Assembly (NCBI GenBank): GCA_964291215.2
Contig: OZ219791.1
Location: 224,001 to 288,000 of the forward strand
Origin: Alphaproteobacteria bacterium
Lineage (GTDB): Bacteria; Pseudomonadota; Alphaproteobacteria; MPNO01; UBA830
Length of the DNA stretch: 64,000 bases
Direction of reading: 5' to 3'
The notes below the pieces were generated by a model, which saw only the letters and a program-made list of their open reading frames with translations, was not told where the DNA came from and did no database searches. Position numbers and translations under genes: made by a program. This document shows positions 54,242 through 64,000 of this stretch, in pieces (position 1 is the stretch's first letter; the number at the start of each line of letters is the position of its first letter).

Positions 54242-55771
54242 GTATCTACTCACCCCTTGTTGGGTTCTGATTGGCCATAGTGCTCGTTGATGATGTCTGC
54301 GGCTTTTCCGTCGAGGGCGATATGGGTGGCGACGAGTGGGTTGTAGCCGAGTGCGGCCATGGAGGTGAGGTAGCTTGAGCCCCGGCACCATGCTTTTGCG
54401 TGGAGCGGAAGCATCCGGACACCTTGACCTTTGCCATCCTGATCTTCTGTTCTCCGGCATTGTTGGTGAAGCTGACATCAGGGTCGTCTGTGAAGCGCAG
54501 GTTTTCGTGTTTCACGAGACGTTCGTGCAGGTTGTGCGCGTTTGCTATGCGTTTTCCTTTCGTCGGCGGCGGGATGTCGGGCAGTTCCTTGGCGCCCTGA
54601 TGGTGCGGTAGCGCTTGCGCCCGGCGTCGTTCAGGGTCTTGGATGCGCTCTTGTTGACCTTGTGGCAGACCTCGCGGAGCAGGCTCTTCATCAGTCGCGC
54701 GGTAGCCTCGACGACAAAGGTCAGTTCGCGCAGCAGGTGGCTGCCGCACAACTGGTAGCTACACTGCCATGTACGAGGCCCAGGACGCCCTTGTAGCACG
54801 GGATGATGCCGATCTCTTGCCTCCCGGCCGCGCTTGCGGTGCGGGAACTTGCACGTCCCGACGACATGGAGCCACTTGCCGGCGACCCGAAATCGTCGAC
54901 ATCGGGCGTTGCAGGAGGTGCGCCACGGCAGCCTCCTCCCATGACGCATCGTGAAAGCATAGCTGAGGCCTCGGAGAGCTTGATGCCGGAGATCGCCTGC
55001 ACGAGCGCGACAGCACGGCGCAGGGACAGCATCTGGGCGACCAGCAGGTTGATGACGAGGGCCTGAATGCCGATGCCGTACTGCATGGGATGTTGTCGGG
55101 GAACCGGCCCCGGGCCTTGCACTTCGGGCATTCCTTGATCTCGGCGCGGCGCTCGACGACCTCGAACACGATGTCGTGCGGCGCTCCCGATCGACGGGGC
55201 CGACGCCGCAGGCGTCGCAGGCCGCGACCGTCTCCTCGACGATGATCTTGCGCAGGTTGTCGCCCATCTGCCGGTTCGGCTTCGGGCCGTTGCTCCCGGC
55301 ACGCTCTTGTCCGTCTGTGACGGCGGCAGACCGGAGTTCCGGCTCGTGCGTGGTCTTCTCCAGAAGGACAACGATGAGGATGTCGAGCAGGATGACGAGG
55401 ACGCGGATCACGGCCTCTTCCGCCACCTTGCCGGCCGCACCGCCGCAAACCGCCGCACACGCAGCGCCGCGGTCCGGGTCTTGGCCGCTTCGAACTCCTC
55501 GCGCGCCGCCCGTCGCCATCACCCGGCCTTGCGCTTCATCAGCGCGCCGCCTCCGAGATGCGTTTCCACATACAGATCATGCGGAGGCTGGAGCCCCGGA
55601 AGCAGCTGGCACAGCCCGCTCGTCGCCTTCGATCCAAAGTAGCCCACTGGCGGTTCCCGTCGTTCTCGATTACCACCACTAAACGAATCGGCCTGCAGTG
55701 TCAAATCTCCACGAAAACCCGTTCGTTACTCTACCCCGACATCAGGCCGGAACCAGGGGGTGAGCAGTTAC
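54242..55771 (-). mobile_element. IS66 family element copy 3 (degraded), TSD TCGCCTCC
   Basis: Same ends as the other copies and a perfect 8-bp TSD. Confidence 0.9.
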
Positions 55772-55914
55772 TCGCCTCCATCACCACACGGGTTACCTCG
55801 AGGCTGCGAAGCCACGTGCCCGCCAGCTCGTGGCGTCGTTCGCAAAACGACGCGCCGCCGCACAGATGTCCGGACTGGCCTTGCTGACCCTTGCTACTAC
55901 CTTGACCATCGTCC

Positions 55915-56130
55915 CTTGCTCCTCGCCTCATGATGATACGGTTCAAACCTAGGCATCCATTCAGGACGCGAGGGACGTCAAGGGAGGTTGGCCGACCACT
56001 CTCATGAGCGGCTCTGAAAAGCCAAGGCCGAAACGGCAACCTCCGCGGAGATCGTTTGATCCCCGCACCCCGCTCCCCTGTGCGTTTTAGCACAGGGGAG
56101 CGGAATCTCTCTGCAACCATGGACCGGGTG
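55915..56130 (-). ncRNA. Putative IS110 bridge RNA, copy C
   Basis: Right guide TCATGAG (56001-56007) is complementary to flank CTCATGA (51992-51998). Donor guide ATGGATGC is present. Confidence 0.75.
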
Positions 56131-56289
56131 CTCTCCCACAGTCGAGGTTGTCCACATTTTCCCGCCCCCAACCGGGGTGAAAGTCTCGTATGGCACGGTT
56201 GCAGGCTCAGTACCATTTGTTCATCTCATGCGGCCAGTGCCGGGGTGTGGTTTGGGCTGATGTTGTCGTTGGCTGGTGCGTCGTCTGCA

Positions 56290-56570
56290 CCGATCATGGC
56301 CGCCCACGCGCTCTCGAAGCGGCCGGATTCGAGCAGGGCGCGAAAGGTGATTGTCCGCCGACGATGCGCCAGCGCATGCCGGAGCGTTTTATGCGCTGTG
56401 TGACGAGGGTCTTGTTTGCCGCCTCGACAATTCCCGAGCCGGTTGCTTCAGTGCGTGGTAGCGCATTCGGTGGCGATGCTTGCGGAAGAAGGACAGTTCC
56501 CTGTCGACATCGGCCCGTTGGCGCCGCGGTGTCGCGAAGGTGGCGCAGCACCCGGATCACCCTGTCGATG
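56290..56570 (-). pseudogene. ISKra4-like transposase 3' fragment
   Basis: GSGIVEAANKTLVTQRIKRSGMRW. Confidence 0.75.
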
Positions 56571-56575
56571 CCGCG

Positions 56576-57703
56576 GGGGTCGTGACAAAATCCTGTTCTG
56601 AAACGGGCGATTGTCACGAAAACCCGTTTTCGCCGCTGCCTCGCGACCGCACAGCCGTGTTAAATCAATGACTTGGATTCGCCATACGAGAACTGCACCC
56701 TGCGCGAGTGGCCGAGGCGACGGGGATGGGCACCGTTCGCGCCGGAGGAGCTTGATTCGGAGTCTTCGAGTGAGATTCCTTCAGGACGTTTGCGTCGCCC
56801 CGGCGGCGGGCGCAAGCGGGTGACGGATCCGGGTTTGTTGGCGGCGCGCGAGCTTGAACCGATGACACGCGGCGATCCGGAGAGTTTGTTGCGGTGTCAC
56901 AGTGCCGCACGGCTGGCGGACCGTCTTGCGGTCGAGGGTCAGCGAGCGCACGGTGAACCGGCTGCTCCACGATCCGGGGTACAGCCTTCAGGCCAACCGC
57001 AAGACGCTGGAAGGCCGCCAGCACCGGGATGCGCAGTTCCGACGCGCCGGGTGCGCGCGTTCCGGAGGCTGGGTCAGCCTGTGGTGACACGAAGAAGAAG
57101 GAAATCCAGTACCGCATGGCGGCCGGGCCCCAAGGGCGACCCTGAAGCCGTCAACGTGCATGACTTCCCCGATCCGGAGCTCGGATCCCCTACGGGGTCT
57201 ACGATCTCACCGCCAATGCCGGCCGGGTCAGCGTCGGGCACGACACGGCGGCGTTCGCGGTCGAGGCCGCTGGTGGCGGCAGATGGGCCAGCTGGTCTGT
57301 CCCGATGCCGGGCGCCTGCTGATCACCGCCGACGGCTCCAACAACAGCCGCAACCGGCTGTGGAAGCTGCAGCACCTCGCCGACGAACTCGGGTTGAAGG
57401 TGTCGGTGGCCCGCTTCCCGCCCGGAAAGTGGAACAAGATCGAGCACCGGATGTTCTGCCATATCACCCGGAACTGGCGCGGCCGGCCCCTCGTCAGCTA
57501 CCAGGTGATCGTCAAGCTGACCGCCGCGACCACCACCGGCCTCACCATACGCTCGCACCTCGACGAGAACAGCTATCCGCTCGGGGTCAAGGTCAGCGAC
57601 GATCAGATGGACGGCCTCGCCATCCGCATAGACCCGTTCCACGGCGAATGAAACTACACCCTCACACCACGAACATAACAATCAATTTATTTTGGCGAAA
57701 ATC
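56576..57703 (+). mobile_element. Second ISAzo13-family element (degraded)
   Basis: Fragments RRPGGGRK, TRGDPES, YSLQANRK, LLITADG and KWNKIEHRMFCHITRNWRG. Confidence 0.85.
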
Positions 57704-58162
57704 TTCAAGGTCGTCCATGCCGAGGAAATACCGCCCGATCTTCTCGACGAGATGACGGGCGGGCCGGTTGCGGGGAGCGCGTTCGAGCGCCATATTGTGC
57801 GCTACATTGCCGAGCGCATGAACCTGACGCCGCCTTTGCTGGAGGCGTCGCTGCGCCGGACGAAGCCGGACCGCTGGGAGGTGCTGATGGGTACAGTCGC
57901 GCAAGCCTGGATCGAACAGGGAAGAGCTGAAGGAATCGAGAAGGGAATCGAACGGGGCCGGAGCGAGGGCCGGGAGGAAGGCCGGATAGAGGCCCTGGCA
58001 GAACTTCTTCTTCGCCAACTGGCGTTGCGCTTCGGTGATGTGCCGGGTGCGGTCCGCGAGCGGGTCCGCGGCGCGTCGGCCGCCGAACTGGAGGCCTGGG
58101 CGGAGGCGGTCCTGGTGGCCGCAACTCTTGATGAGGTGCTGAGCGCCAGGCCCGGGCGCTGA
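57704..58162 (+). pseudogene. 3' part of an Rpn-family (DUF4351-tailed) nuclease gene
   Basis: MGTVAQAWIEQGRAEGIEKGIERG...LLLRQLALRFG...ELEAWAEAVL. The N-terminus is replaced by ISAzo13. Confidence 0.75.
57887..58162 (+). CDS. Putative internally translated RpnS-like small protein
   Basis: GGAGGT RBS just before an in-frame ATG at 57887. Confidence 0.55.
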   Translation: MGTVAQAWIEQGRAEGIEKGIERGRSEGREEGRIEALAELLLRQLALRFGDVPGAVRERVRGASAAELEAWAEAVLVAATLDEVLSARPGR

Positions 58163-58171
58163 GCCCGTAGC

Positions 58172-58700
58172 CTTTCAATCTGACACTATTGAGTTCATTG
58201 ATTTCTGCATATCGAGTTTCCGCATTGCTCGGTGATATTCGATGAAATTGAGGAGGATATTGTAACTCTGCCAGAGTTTCCCGGTTCCCGGCAGGGGTTG
58301 GCGTTTGCCGGGGATGAAGCCTGCCACGCGTGCGCCCTCGATGGCAAAGACTTCGATGGTCGGTTCGGGGTCGGGAGGTCCACGCGGTTTGTACTGTTTG
58401 TAGATCTTGTAGTTGTTCAGGGCCGTGATCTCGTCGCGGTGGACGATGCGGCTGGCCGGCGTGTCGGGCTTGCGAGACGCTCGACGGTCATGACGCGGCA
58501 TACGGTGATGGCGTCGAAGGCCGGACACTTCCTCAGGTCGTCGACCATCCCGAGGTCCCGCCGTGAGCGGCGAGGTCGAGTGCCGCTGCCATGGGCGCGA
58601 CTTCATGGTTGCGCAGATGCAGCTGCTGCGACGATCACGGAGCGGACCCCATCGCCCGCGCCTTCTGCCGCCGCCAGCCCCGAAGCTGATCACGTCGGAC
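58172..58700 (-). pseudogene. IS4/Tn5-like transposase 3' fragment
   Basis: Terminus CTTTCAATCTGACAC and GFIPGKRQPLPGTGKLWQ. Confidence 0.75.
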
Positions 58701-59397
58701 ACCGAGCCGCCGTCCCGAAGACCCTCGACGAGCCCCGCCCGCTGACACTACCTCGGATACACGCACCTGGTCGGCGCGCAGATGCGCTACGCGGTCCATG
58801 CGGCGAGCCGCTGCTTCTCGACCGCCGCATGGACCGCGCGCTGCAACACCACGCCCGTGCCCTGCGAGACCCTGGTCGAGGTCCCGCGCCGCGGCGTCTG
58901 CCGGCCGCGTCGGAACAACTAGCGGCCGCTACGACCGACATGACAGAAGCCGAAGAAGGACATCTGGCCCGCTCCGCAAGGACCGGAAGCGGACCCTCAG
59001 AACCCTGCAACCGGCACGGGATGGCGCTCAACTCCTCCTCCGCAGCGCCGGGACAAAACCGCGACCAATGCGGAAAACACGGCATCGCGCCAGTGTCCCT
59101 CACCGCGCATCCCGGCGCACGAAACCGCTCCGGGTGACGCTGGAACTCCCTGACAAAAGCCCGTCAAACGGACGAAAACAACAACACCTCACCGCACGAA
59201 CGAACGCTTACCGTGGGAAACACTTGGCCGTCAGGCAGGAGGTGTTGTTTTTCTGGACGTTTTCTGCTATATGATCTGTGTAAACATGCAGCATGATGCG
59301 CTGCTGCGCATTCTGCATGAGTGATTGATGCCTGCGCTACGTGAGACGCAACTCGGGCGTGTGCCGGGCTCGCAGAATGTGGAGATGAGAGGGTTCG

Positions 59398-60165
59398 ATG
59401 GCTCGTGCTAGGATGTCTTCAAGTTTGAAGAGGGTTCCGAAGTCGGACGACGACTCGGACGGTGCAGCTAAATCTTCGTCATCGCGGCGAAAGGCTGCGA
59501 GCAGGCCGAAAACCCGGACAGCAAAGAAACCGGTGCCGCCTTCGGCAAGAAAGAAAACCGTGGCGGAAAGCAAGAAGAATGCCGTGACAGACAACGGCAA
59601 GCGGCCGGCTGCTGCGGCAAAGGTCTCTGCCAAGACGGCTCCGGCCGAGAAACCGGCGGTCGCAAGGAAAACGGCCAGCAAATTGCCGTTCACAAAGGGC
59701 GACTATGTCGTCTATCCCACGCACGGCGTCGGTAAGGTTACTGGAATAAAGCGGCAGACAATCGCCGGATTCGACCTACAACTTTTTGTCATCGTCTTCG
59801 ATTCCGACAAGATGACCCTCAGGGTGCCGGTCGACAAGACCGCCGAATCGGGTCTGCGCAAGATCAGCTCCAGGGACAAGATGCGTACCGTCGTTGCGAC
59901 CCTCAAGGGCCGCGCCCGGTCCCGCAGGACGATGTGGAGCCGGCGGGCGCAGGAATACGGCACCAAGATCAACAGTGGCGATCCCGTGGCGGTCGCCGAG
60001 GTGGTGCGCGATCTCTACCGTTCGCCGAGCCAGCCGGAACAGTCCTACAGCGAACGCCAGATGTATGAGGCGGCCCTCGACCGCCTAGTGCATGAATACG
60101 CGCTGGTCCAGAAACTGGATGTGGAGACGGCGACCATCAAGATCGAGGAAATTCTCGGCGGCTGA
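59398..60165 (+). CDS. carD: CarD family transcription regulator with basic N-terminal extension
   Basis: Motifs GDYVVYPTHGVG, MWSRRAQEY and SYSERQMYEAA. Start uncertain. Confidence 0.92.
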   Translation: MARARMSSSLKRVPKSDDDSDGAAKSSSSRRKAASRPKTRTAKKPVPPSARKKTVAESKKNAVTDNGKRPAAAAKVSAKTAPAEKPAVARKTASKLPFTKGDYVVYPTHGVGKVTGIKRQTIAGFDLQLFVIVFDSDKMTLRVPVDKTAESGLRKISSRDKMRTVVATLKGRARSRRTMWSRRAQEYGTKINSGDPVAVAEVVRDLYRSPSQPEQSYSERQMYEAALDRLVHEYALVQKLDVETATIKIEEILGG

Positions 60166-60181
60166 CGCTCCTGCTCCACTG

Positions 60182-62032
60182 TCAGCCCTGGTCCCGCATT
60201 TCGTAGGCCTCGATGTCGCTGTCGCGTCCGCGGACCGGATACCGGCCGCGGAACACGAGATCGTTGCGGTCGGTCGCCAGAGCGGCGGTGTTCCCGCTGA
60301 CGAGGACCGCCGTTTCGGCCTCCGGAGCGACCTCCTTGCACAACGCTTCGAGGCGGGCGGCCACATTCACAGTATCGCCGACGACGGTGTAGTTCAGCCG
60401 GCCTTCGGGCCCGACATTGCCCACAATGGCGCGCCCGGTGTGAATGCCGATCCTCAGGCGAACGGGGTCCCGGCTGTCATCGCTCTGCCGCCTGTTGGCC
60501 TCCGTCATGCTGGCGCGGATGGATCTGGCTGTGCGCAATGCCTGATCGACGCCTGTCCCAGGATCGTCCGGTTCCCAGAACGCCATTACCGAATCGCCGA
60601 TGTACTTGTCCACGATTCCGCCCTCGGCCTCTATGCAGCGCACGAGGACCGAGAAGTGCTCATTGAGCAGGCTCGCCGTGTCTGCTGCAGACATATGTTC
60701 GGAGAGGGTGGAGAAGCCCGCGATGTCGGTAAACATCACGGTGATCGGTTTTTCCTCCGACGTCACGGCCGAGTCGTGCTCGATGAGACGCCGGACCAGA
60801 TGCCTCGGGACATAGGTCTGGAACCACCGCAGGCCGGTCGTCATCCGGTTGAACGCGCTTGCCGCCTCGTCGAGCTCGCGCAGCCGGCTGGGCCGGAGCC
60901 GGACCACGCGCTCGAATTCGAAATCGGCGATGGCGCGGGATCCCGCGGCAAGCACCCTGACGGGCGCGCTCACCCGCCGTCCGATCAGCAAGGCCGCGAT
61001 GATGCAAAAGATGATGATCACGGCGCCGGCGATGGCCGAATAGGCGATACGTCGGATTTCCGATCCGAGGCCATCGTCCGGTCCGACATATATCCCGACG
61101 GTCAGCGGCAGCTTCCCGAAATCTTCCAGCCCGCGATAGAGGAAAACGTGGCGCTCGCCGTCGATCAGGACCGTGTGTCCGCCGATCCCGCTGCCGATCT
61201 CGACCTGGAGATCCTCCCGGCTTTCCGTGTTCCAGAGCGCCGCCAGAACGGGATCGCCGACCTCGTTGACCAGTGGCAGCGGGACATCCGCGTTTCTCTT
61301 GTGCCCGCGGGCCACCATGTTCCGATGGGCGAGCACGTGAGTCCTGCGATAGAGGATGAAACGGTTGGTTCCCAAGGCCAAGTCGCTGGACCCGGCAATC
61401 GCCTCCGAGAGTTCGTTTGCGCTGACCGAAGATGCAAGAAAACCGCGAAATTTGCCGCCCCTGCGGATGGCTGTTCGCACCACAAGGAGCGTCAGCCCGA
61501 TCTCTTCCGCCCACAGGGGCCCGGTCCAGAATGGTCTCGTGGACTGTTCGCTGGCGGCTGCAATGCGGCTTGATATCCGGTTCGCGGTCTCGGGGTTGTC
61601 CAGCGCGTTCCGCATGCGGTAGGCGCCACGGCCTCGCCGGACGCGGAGGATGCGGCCGTCAGGATAGATGAACCCCATGCTGTACACCTGCTTGGTTCCA
61701 GCCATCGCGGCCAGCAGCGCATTCGCGAGTTGGTCGCTGTCTTCGACATCGACCTGACCGGAATCAATCAGTCGAATGACGTAGCTGTTGGTTTCCTCGA
61801 CCGGCTCAAGGTGTCGTTGCACAGTCGATGACAGGAACTGGATGCCGATTCGTGCATTGGCTGCGACGAGCGAAAAGGTGTTCTTCTGCGCGGTCCAGAG
61901 CGAGATTCCGAGCACGAGCAGCATGCCGCCCACGATCAGGGACCCGAAACCGAGCACCAGCGCCGTCGTGATCGAGAGGCCGATGCCCCGGCGTCTGCCG
62001 GCGGCGGGGCTCCTGGAATCGAGCGCCGCCAT
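60182..62032 (-). CDS. Membrane-bound class III adenylate/guanylate cyclase (sensor-HAMP-cyclase)
   Basis: Two TM segments, a HAMP domain and the motifs MFTDIAGFS, VDKYIGD and NYTVVGDTVNVAARLE. Confidence 0.93.
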   Translation of the reverse strand: MAALDSRSPAAGRRRGIGLSITTALVLGFGSLIVGGMLLVLGISLWTAQKNTFSLVAANARIGIQFLSSTVQRHLEPVEETNSYVIRLIDSGQVDVEDSDQLANALLAAMAGTKQVYSMGFIYPDGRILRVRRGRGAYRMRNALDNPETANRISSRIAAASEQSTRPFWTGPLWAEEIGLTLLVVRTAIRRGGKFRGFLASSVSANELSEAIAGSSDLALGTNRFILYRRTHVLAHRNMVARGHKRNADVPLPLVNEVGDPVLAALWNTESREDLQVEIGSGIGGHTVLIDGERHVFLYRGLEDFGKLPLTVGIYVGPDDGLGSEIRRIAYSAIAGAVIIIFCIIAALLIGRRVSAPVRVLAAGSRAIADFEFERVVRLRPSRLRELDEAASAFNRMTTGLRWFQTYVPRHLVRRLIEHDSAVTSEEKPITVMFTDIAGFSTLSEHMSAADTASLLNEHFSVLVRCIEAEGGIVDKYIGDSVMAFWEPDDPGTGVDQALRTARSIRASMTEANRRQSDDSRDPVRLRIGIHTGRAIVGNVGPEGRLNYTVVGDTVNVAARLEALCKEVAPEAETAVLVSGNTAALATDRNDLVFRGRYPVRGRDSDIEAYEMRDQG

Positions 62033-62213
62033 CAGTCCGCGCGTCTCCGGCAACGGAATCCGTTCCGGACGCCACGACGCCGGCACGGGCCGGCCGCTTG
62101 CCGGAGAGTGGATGGTCCCGTCGTCGTCTCCGCATGCAATTCGCCAGTCGGCATGTTTCTCGCAACCCGTTTCGTTTCTGTCGTCATCCGGTCGGGTGAT
62201 CCGTCCGGCAGGG

Positions 62214-62515
62214 TCATCGGCTGTTGCCGTTGTCTTCGACAACCAGTTTCAGGTTCGTGCCTGTCCGCAGGCTAGCGCCGGGGCCTATTCTGTTCAGCAC
62301 GGCGAAGCGCTCGACACGGTAATCGGCGAAGGCCTGGCGGCGGGCGAGGCTCTCGATACTATCCCGATTGCCGACGGTCACAATCCGCAAACGGTACGGT
62401 TTCAGACTGGAGGCCTCGTCGGCGGTCAGGAGGCGGAAGCTGCGCAGGGCGCGGTGGAACGCTATCGTCAGGGCGCGGGTGCGGTCGGGCGGCGCCATGA
62501 AGATGAACCTGTAAA
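62214..62515 (-). pseudogene. C-terminal part of a probable M48 family metalloprotease (LysM-like tail), split by IS66
   Basis: LYRFIFMAP...SFRLLT..EA..LKPYRLRIVTV..DSIESLA...RFAVLN...LKLVVE. The protease motif itself lies outside the window. Confidence 0.7.
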
Positions 62516-64000
62516 GTATCTACTCACCCCTAGTTGGGTTCTGATTGGCCATAGTGCTCGTTGATGATGTCTGCGGCTTTTCCGTCGAGGGCGATCTGGG
62601 TGGCGACGAGTGGGTTGTAGCCGGGTGCGGCCATGGAGGTGAGGTAGCTTGAGCCCCGGCACCATGCTTTTGCGTGGAGCGGAAGCATCCGGACACCTTG
62701 ACCTTTGCCATCCTGATCTTCTGTTCTCCGGCATTGTTGGTGAAGCTGACGTCGGGGTTGTCTATGAAGCGCAGGTTTTCGTGTTTCACGAGACGTTCGT
62801 GCAGGTTGTGCGCGTCGGACTTGCGTCCACGTTTTCCTTTCGTCGGGATGTCGGGCAGTTCCCTGGCGCCCTGATGGTGCGGTAGCGCCTGCGCCCGGCG
62901 TCGTTCAGGGTCTTGGATGCGCTGTTGTTGATCTTGTGGCAGACCTCGCGGAGCAGGCTCTTCATCAGTCGCGCCCAGCGGTAGCCTCGACGACAAAGGT
63001 CAGTTCGCGCAGCAGGTGGCTGCCGCACAGCTGGTGGCTACACTGGCCCATGTACGAGGCCCAGGACGCCCTTGTAGCACGGGCCGATCTCTTGCCCGCG
63101 CTTGCGGTGCGGGAACTTGCACGTCAGGGTCCCACGACATGAAGCCACTTACTGTTGATCCGAAATCGTCGACATCGGGCGTTGCAGGAGGTGCGCCACG
63201 GCGGCCTCCTCCCATGACGCATCGTGAAAGCATAGCCGAGGCCTCGGAGAGCTTGATGCCGGAGATCGCCTGCACGAGCGCGACAGCACAGCGCAGGGAC
63301 AGCATCTGGGCGACCAGCAGGTTGATGACGAGGGCCTGGATGCCGTACTGCACGGGATGTTGTCGGGGAACCGGCCCCGGGCCTTGCACTTCGGGCATTC
63401 CTTGATCTCGGCGCGGCGCTCGACGACCTCGAACACGATGTCGTGCGGCGCTCCCGATCGACGGGGCCGTCGGCGCCGCAGGCGTCGCAGGCCGCGACCG
63501 TCTCCTCGACGATGATCTTGCGCAGGTTGTCGCCCATCTGCTGGTTCGGCTTCGGGCCGTTGCTCCCGGCACGCTCTTGTCCGTCTGTGACGGCGGCAGA
63601 CCGGAGTTCCGGCTCGTGCGTGGTCTTCTCCAGAAGGACGACGATGATGATGTCGAGCAGGATGACGAAGACGCGAATCACGGCCTCTTCCGCCACCTTG
63701 CCGGCAGCGCCGCGGTCTTGGCCGCTTCGAACTCCTCGCGCGCCGCCCGTCGCCATCACCCGGCCTTGCGCTTCATCAGCACGCCGCCTCCGAGATGCGT
63801 TTCCACATACAGATCATGCGGGGGCTGGAGCCCCGGAAGCAGCTGGCACAGCCCGCTCGTCGCCTTTGATCCAAAGTAGCCCACTGGCGGTCCCCGTCGT
63901 TCTCGATGACCACCACTAAACGAATCGGCATGCAGTGTCAAATCTCCACGAAAACCCGTTCGTTGCTCTACCCCGACATCAAGCCGGAACCAGGGGGTGA
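62516..64000 (-). mobile_element. IS66 family element copy 4 (degraded), a few bp run off the window
   Basis: End GTATCTACTCACCCC at 62516; colinear with copies 1-3. Confidence 0.9.

Larger units (their letters stand above)
51999..56175 (-). mobile_element. IS110 family element, copy C (degraded, left end lost, split by IS256 and IS66)
   Basis: Homologous to copies A and B. Right end CATGGATG|CT; transposase ATG at 55909. Confidence 0.85.

Noticed and set aside
55925-55935. Copy C donor guide (TCATGAG) also matching its right flank
   Set aside because: It is one substitution from a plausible ancestral CATAAG, and the copy C left end is missing, so it is treated as coincidence.
57925-57990. 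Short tandem EG(I/R)E(K/E)G repeats
   Set aside because: These are the normal repeat tract of Rpn-type C-termini, not a separate element.
58700-59110. Further decayed transposase-like fragment
   Set aside because: No motif could be assigned to a family.

Overview
GC-rich alphaproteobacterial (Rhodospirillales-like) chromosome segment. Intact host genes include fhs, an aromatic-acid CoA ligase/amidase cluster, anmK, iscS-fdx, tenA, a TctC-like protein, asd, sdhCDAB, zapE, fdxA, carD and a class III cyclase. They are interrupted by mobile-element islands at 5132-6872, about 14865-15509, 22004-42718, 49009-50751, about 51999-59110 and 62516-end, nested up to six levels deep, often with readable target-site duplications (TSDs). 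Four signals stand out. (1) Three paralogous IS110 elements carry bridge-RNA-like ends with different 7-nt right-target guides, each the exact reverse complement of that copy's own flank, and each element also carries a small accessory ORF. (2) Multi-copy mobile elements are eroded by dense 5-7 bp (mostly 6 bp) microhomology deletions shared between copies in a non-tree-like way, while host genes and two single-copy pseudogenes are spared. (3) One insertion is bounded by two outward-facing group II intron 3' ends with a 4-bp TSD. (4) A composite transposon bounded by two near-identical decayed ISAzo13 copies carries an intact DUF2971-like gene. Family assignments come from motif recognition by eye; no database searches were run.
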